DNA from: an uncultured Candidatus Saccharimonadales bacterium
GTDB taxonomy: Bacteria > Patescibacteriota > Saccharimonadia > UBA4664 > CAZHSX01
Assembly: GCA_964535275.1 (NCBI GenBank)
Contig: CAZHSX010000002.1
Span: forward strand, 1 to 40,169
Length of the DNA stretch: 40,169 nucleotides
Direction of reading: 5' to 3'
Part shown: in pieces, positions 38,717 through 40,169 of the stretch
How positions within the stretch are numbered: the first letter of the stretch is position 1
How the letters are laid out: each line of letters opens with the position of its first letter
Notes under the pieces: generated by a model
What the model was told of the DNA's origin: nothing
Databases searched by the model: none
What the model saw: only the letters and a program-made list of their open reading frames with translations
Translations under genes and position numbers: made by a program

Positions 38717-39829
38717 GTGAAGCTAAGTCTAACGCAAGAAAACCTAGCTCATGCCCTAGCCGTAGTCACCCGTGCAGTCTCGAGTCGTTCGAGTCTGCCG
38801 GTACTAGGCAATGTTCTTATCACCACCGATGCCAAGCGGCTAAAGATTGCCGCTACTAATTTAGAGATCGGTATAAATTATTGGTTGGGCTGTAAGGTTG
38901 AAAAAGAAGGCGGCATCACTGTGCCGGCTCGTTTATTTAATGAGTTTGTGACCAGTTTGCCTAGCGGCAACATTGAACTATCCAGTGACGGCAGCAACCT
39001 GGTAGTGACTACACCGCATTACGAATCGACCATTAATGGCATCGCGGCCGATGAATTCCCGCTGATTCCGGAAATTAAAACCCAGCCGGCGCTGACTTTG
39101 CCGGGCGAGGACTTCCGCGAAGCTCTATCCCAAGTTGTGATTGCTGCTTCACTGGATGAAGCCCGGCCGGTGTTGGCGGGAGTGTATTTGTACATCGAAG
39201 CCGGGCATTTAGTGATGGTTGCAACTGACAGCTACCGTCTAGCCGAGAAGAAATTAAAACTTAAGGATAAGATTGAGGACGACAAGTTAGCAGTGATCGT
39301 GCCGGCGCGGACCATGCAGGAGCTGGTACGGATTTTAGCCGACACCAGCGAGCAGCTAAATATTTACCTGGGTGATAACCAAATAATGTTCGAGGCCGGT
39401 GACACCCAATTAACCTCGCGCTTAATTGAAGGCCAGTACCCGAACTACCGGCAAATTATTCCCGAAAAAGACGAAAGCTTTATTGAAATCGCCACCGCCG
39501 AATTCAACCGTATTACTAAAGTGGCGGGACTGTTTGCCCGTGAGAATTCGGGCAGCGTGAAACTGGAAATTAAACCCGAGGGGTTGGTGAGCTTGGTGTC
39601 CAGCGCGCCGCAGGTGGGCGAAAACACCTCGACGGCCGAATGCACCGTCAGCGGCGAGGGCGGCAGTATTTCATTGAACGTGCGTTACCTCAGCGACGTG
39701 TTAGGGGTGATCAAAAGTCCCGAGGTTAGCTTTGCCATCAGCGGCAAGCTTAACCCCTGCGTGCTACGTCCGGCTGGTAAAAATGCCGGCCAAGACTACC
39801 TGCATATTATTATGCCGCTCCGAACCTAA
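38717..39829 (+). CDS. dnaN: DNA polymerase III beta sliding clamp
   Basis: GTG start with GGAGTGAGG SD. Typical three-domain length (370 aa). Typical N-terminus (L...L..AL..V.R.V..R..LPVL.NVLI) and C-terminal MPLR. Confidence 0.95.
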   Translation: MKLSLTQENLAHALAVVTRAVSSRSSLPVLGNVLITTDAKRLKIAATNLEIGINYWLGCKVEKEGGITVPARLFNEFVTSLPSGNIELSSDGSNLVVTTPHYESTINGIAADEFPLIPEIKTQPALTLPGEDFREALSQVVIAASLDEARPVLAGVYLYIEAGHLVMVATDSYRLAEKKLKLKDKIEDDKLAVIVPARTMQELVRILADTSEQLNIYLGDNQIMFEAGDTQLTSRLIEGQYPNYRQIIPEKDESFIEIATAEFNRITKVAGLFARENSGSVKLEIKPEGLVSLVSSAPQVGENTSTAECTVSGEGGSISLNVRYLSDVLGVIKSPEVSFAISGKLNPCVLRPAGKNAGQDYLHIIMPLRT

Positions 39830-39855
39830 CCCAGGGCTTAAGGTATAGTGGGGGT

Positions 39856-40169
39856 ATGCTTAAGACTTTGGCGCTGACCAACTTCAGAAGTTACGCTGCC
39901 GACGAATTTGGGTTTGGTCCAGGCGTCACATTGGTTGTCGGTCCTAATGCCAGCGGTAAAACCAATTTGCTGGAAGCGGTGTATGTGTTGGCAGCCACCA
40001 AAAGCTTCCGGGCGGCGGACGCGGATTTGGCCCGTTATAACCAAGACTTCTTCCGCGTAGCGGCAGATTTTAATCAGGACCAAATCGCCTTAGCCTGGAC
40101 ACACCAAGACGGCGCCACCCGCAAGCAAATCACTCATAACGGCGTTAAAAAAAGCCTGGCCGGTCACAT
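39856..40169 (+). CDS. recF: DNA replication/repair protein RecF (5-prime partial, runs off the window)
   Basis: Hand translation gives MLKTLALTNFRSYAADEFGFGPGVTLVVGPNASGKTNLLEAVYVL with a Walker A motif. dnaA-dnaN-recF synteny. Not in the ORF track because there is no stop in the window. Confidence 0.88.
   Translation, partial: MLKTLALTNFRSYAADEFGFGPGVTLVVGPNASGKTNLLEAVYVLAATKSFRAADADLARYNQDFFRVAADFNQDQIALAWTHQDGATRKQITHNGVKKSLAGH

Noticed and set aside
1-40169. CRISPR arrays, transposases or integrases, prophage genes, known defence systems, and alternative genetic code (UGA recoding)
   Set aside because: - I noticed no short direct-repeat/spacer array.
- No ORF has DDE, tyrosine- or serine-recombinase, Cas, restriction or abortive-infection hallmarks.
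- TGA, TAA and TAG all terminate well-supported genes, so the standard code 11 fits.

Overview
This is a chromosomal window from a moderate-GC bacterium using the standard code; all three stop codons terminate long ORFs. It spans the replication-origin neighbourhood at the right end: jag/khpB, yidC, rnpA and rpmH on the minus strand, then dnaA, dnaN and recF on the plus strand.

From left to right the window contains:
- A small stress and redox cluster: S51 peptidase, DUF1059, an unlisted 57-aa membrane ORF, msrA translationally coupled to a PAS protein, and a cupin.
- tRNA-Asn(GTT).
- A minus-strand run of lexA, two tiny ORFs, the yhhQ queuosine-precursor transporter, a Cache/HAMP histidine kinase, a stand-alone receiver and a membrane protein.
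- A roughly 260-nt rod-like imperfect palindrome between the vanW-like gene and the lexA promoter.
- A secreted cell-wall and surface island: a CHAP amidase fused to a 6-blade repeat propeller, an anchored Ig-like protein, and a 784-aa protein with four Ig-like modules.
- A large glycan locus. It holds an 11-gene translationally coupled operon from wecB to a GT4 gene, with a promoter and a terminator. It also holds gmd, a Wzy_C/O-antigen-ligase-like protein, an MT + GT2 + GT-C module, an NlpC/P60-LGFP hydrolase and another GT4.

The gene content suggests a monoderm, small-genome organism, possibly Patescibacteria/CPR-like. That is inference only, because no database search was possible.

The most unusual observations are:
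1. The rod-like palindromic element at 8824-9083, which is either a candidate structured RNA with a 6S-like layout or a MITE.
2. A recurrent -10 hexamer 6-9 nt upstream of ATG with no Shine-Dalgarno, which points to leaderless mRNAs. This includes two pairs of overlapping divergent promoters.
3. An atypical arrangement of Cheo-type LexA half-sites.
4. The repeat-built CHAP-propeller gene.

I saw no CRISPR array, transposase, integrase or recognisable defence system.
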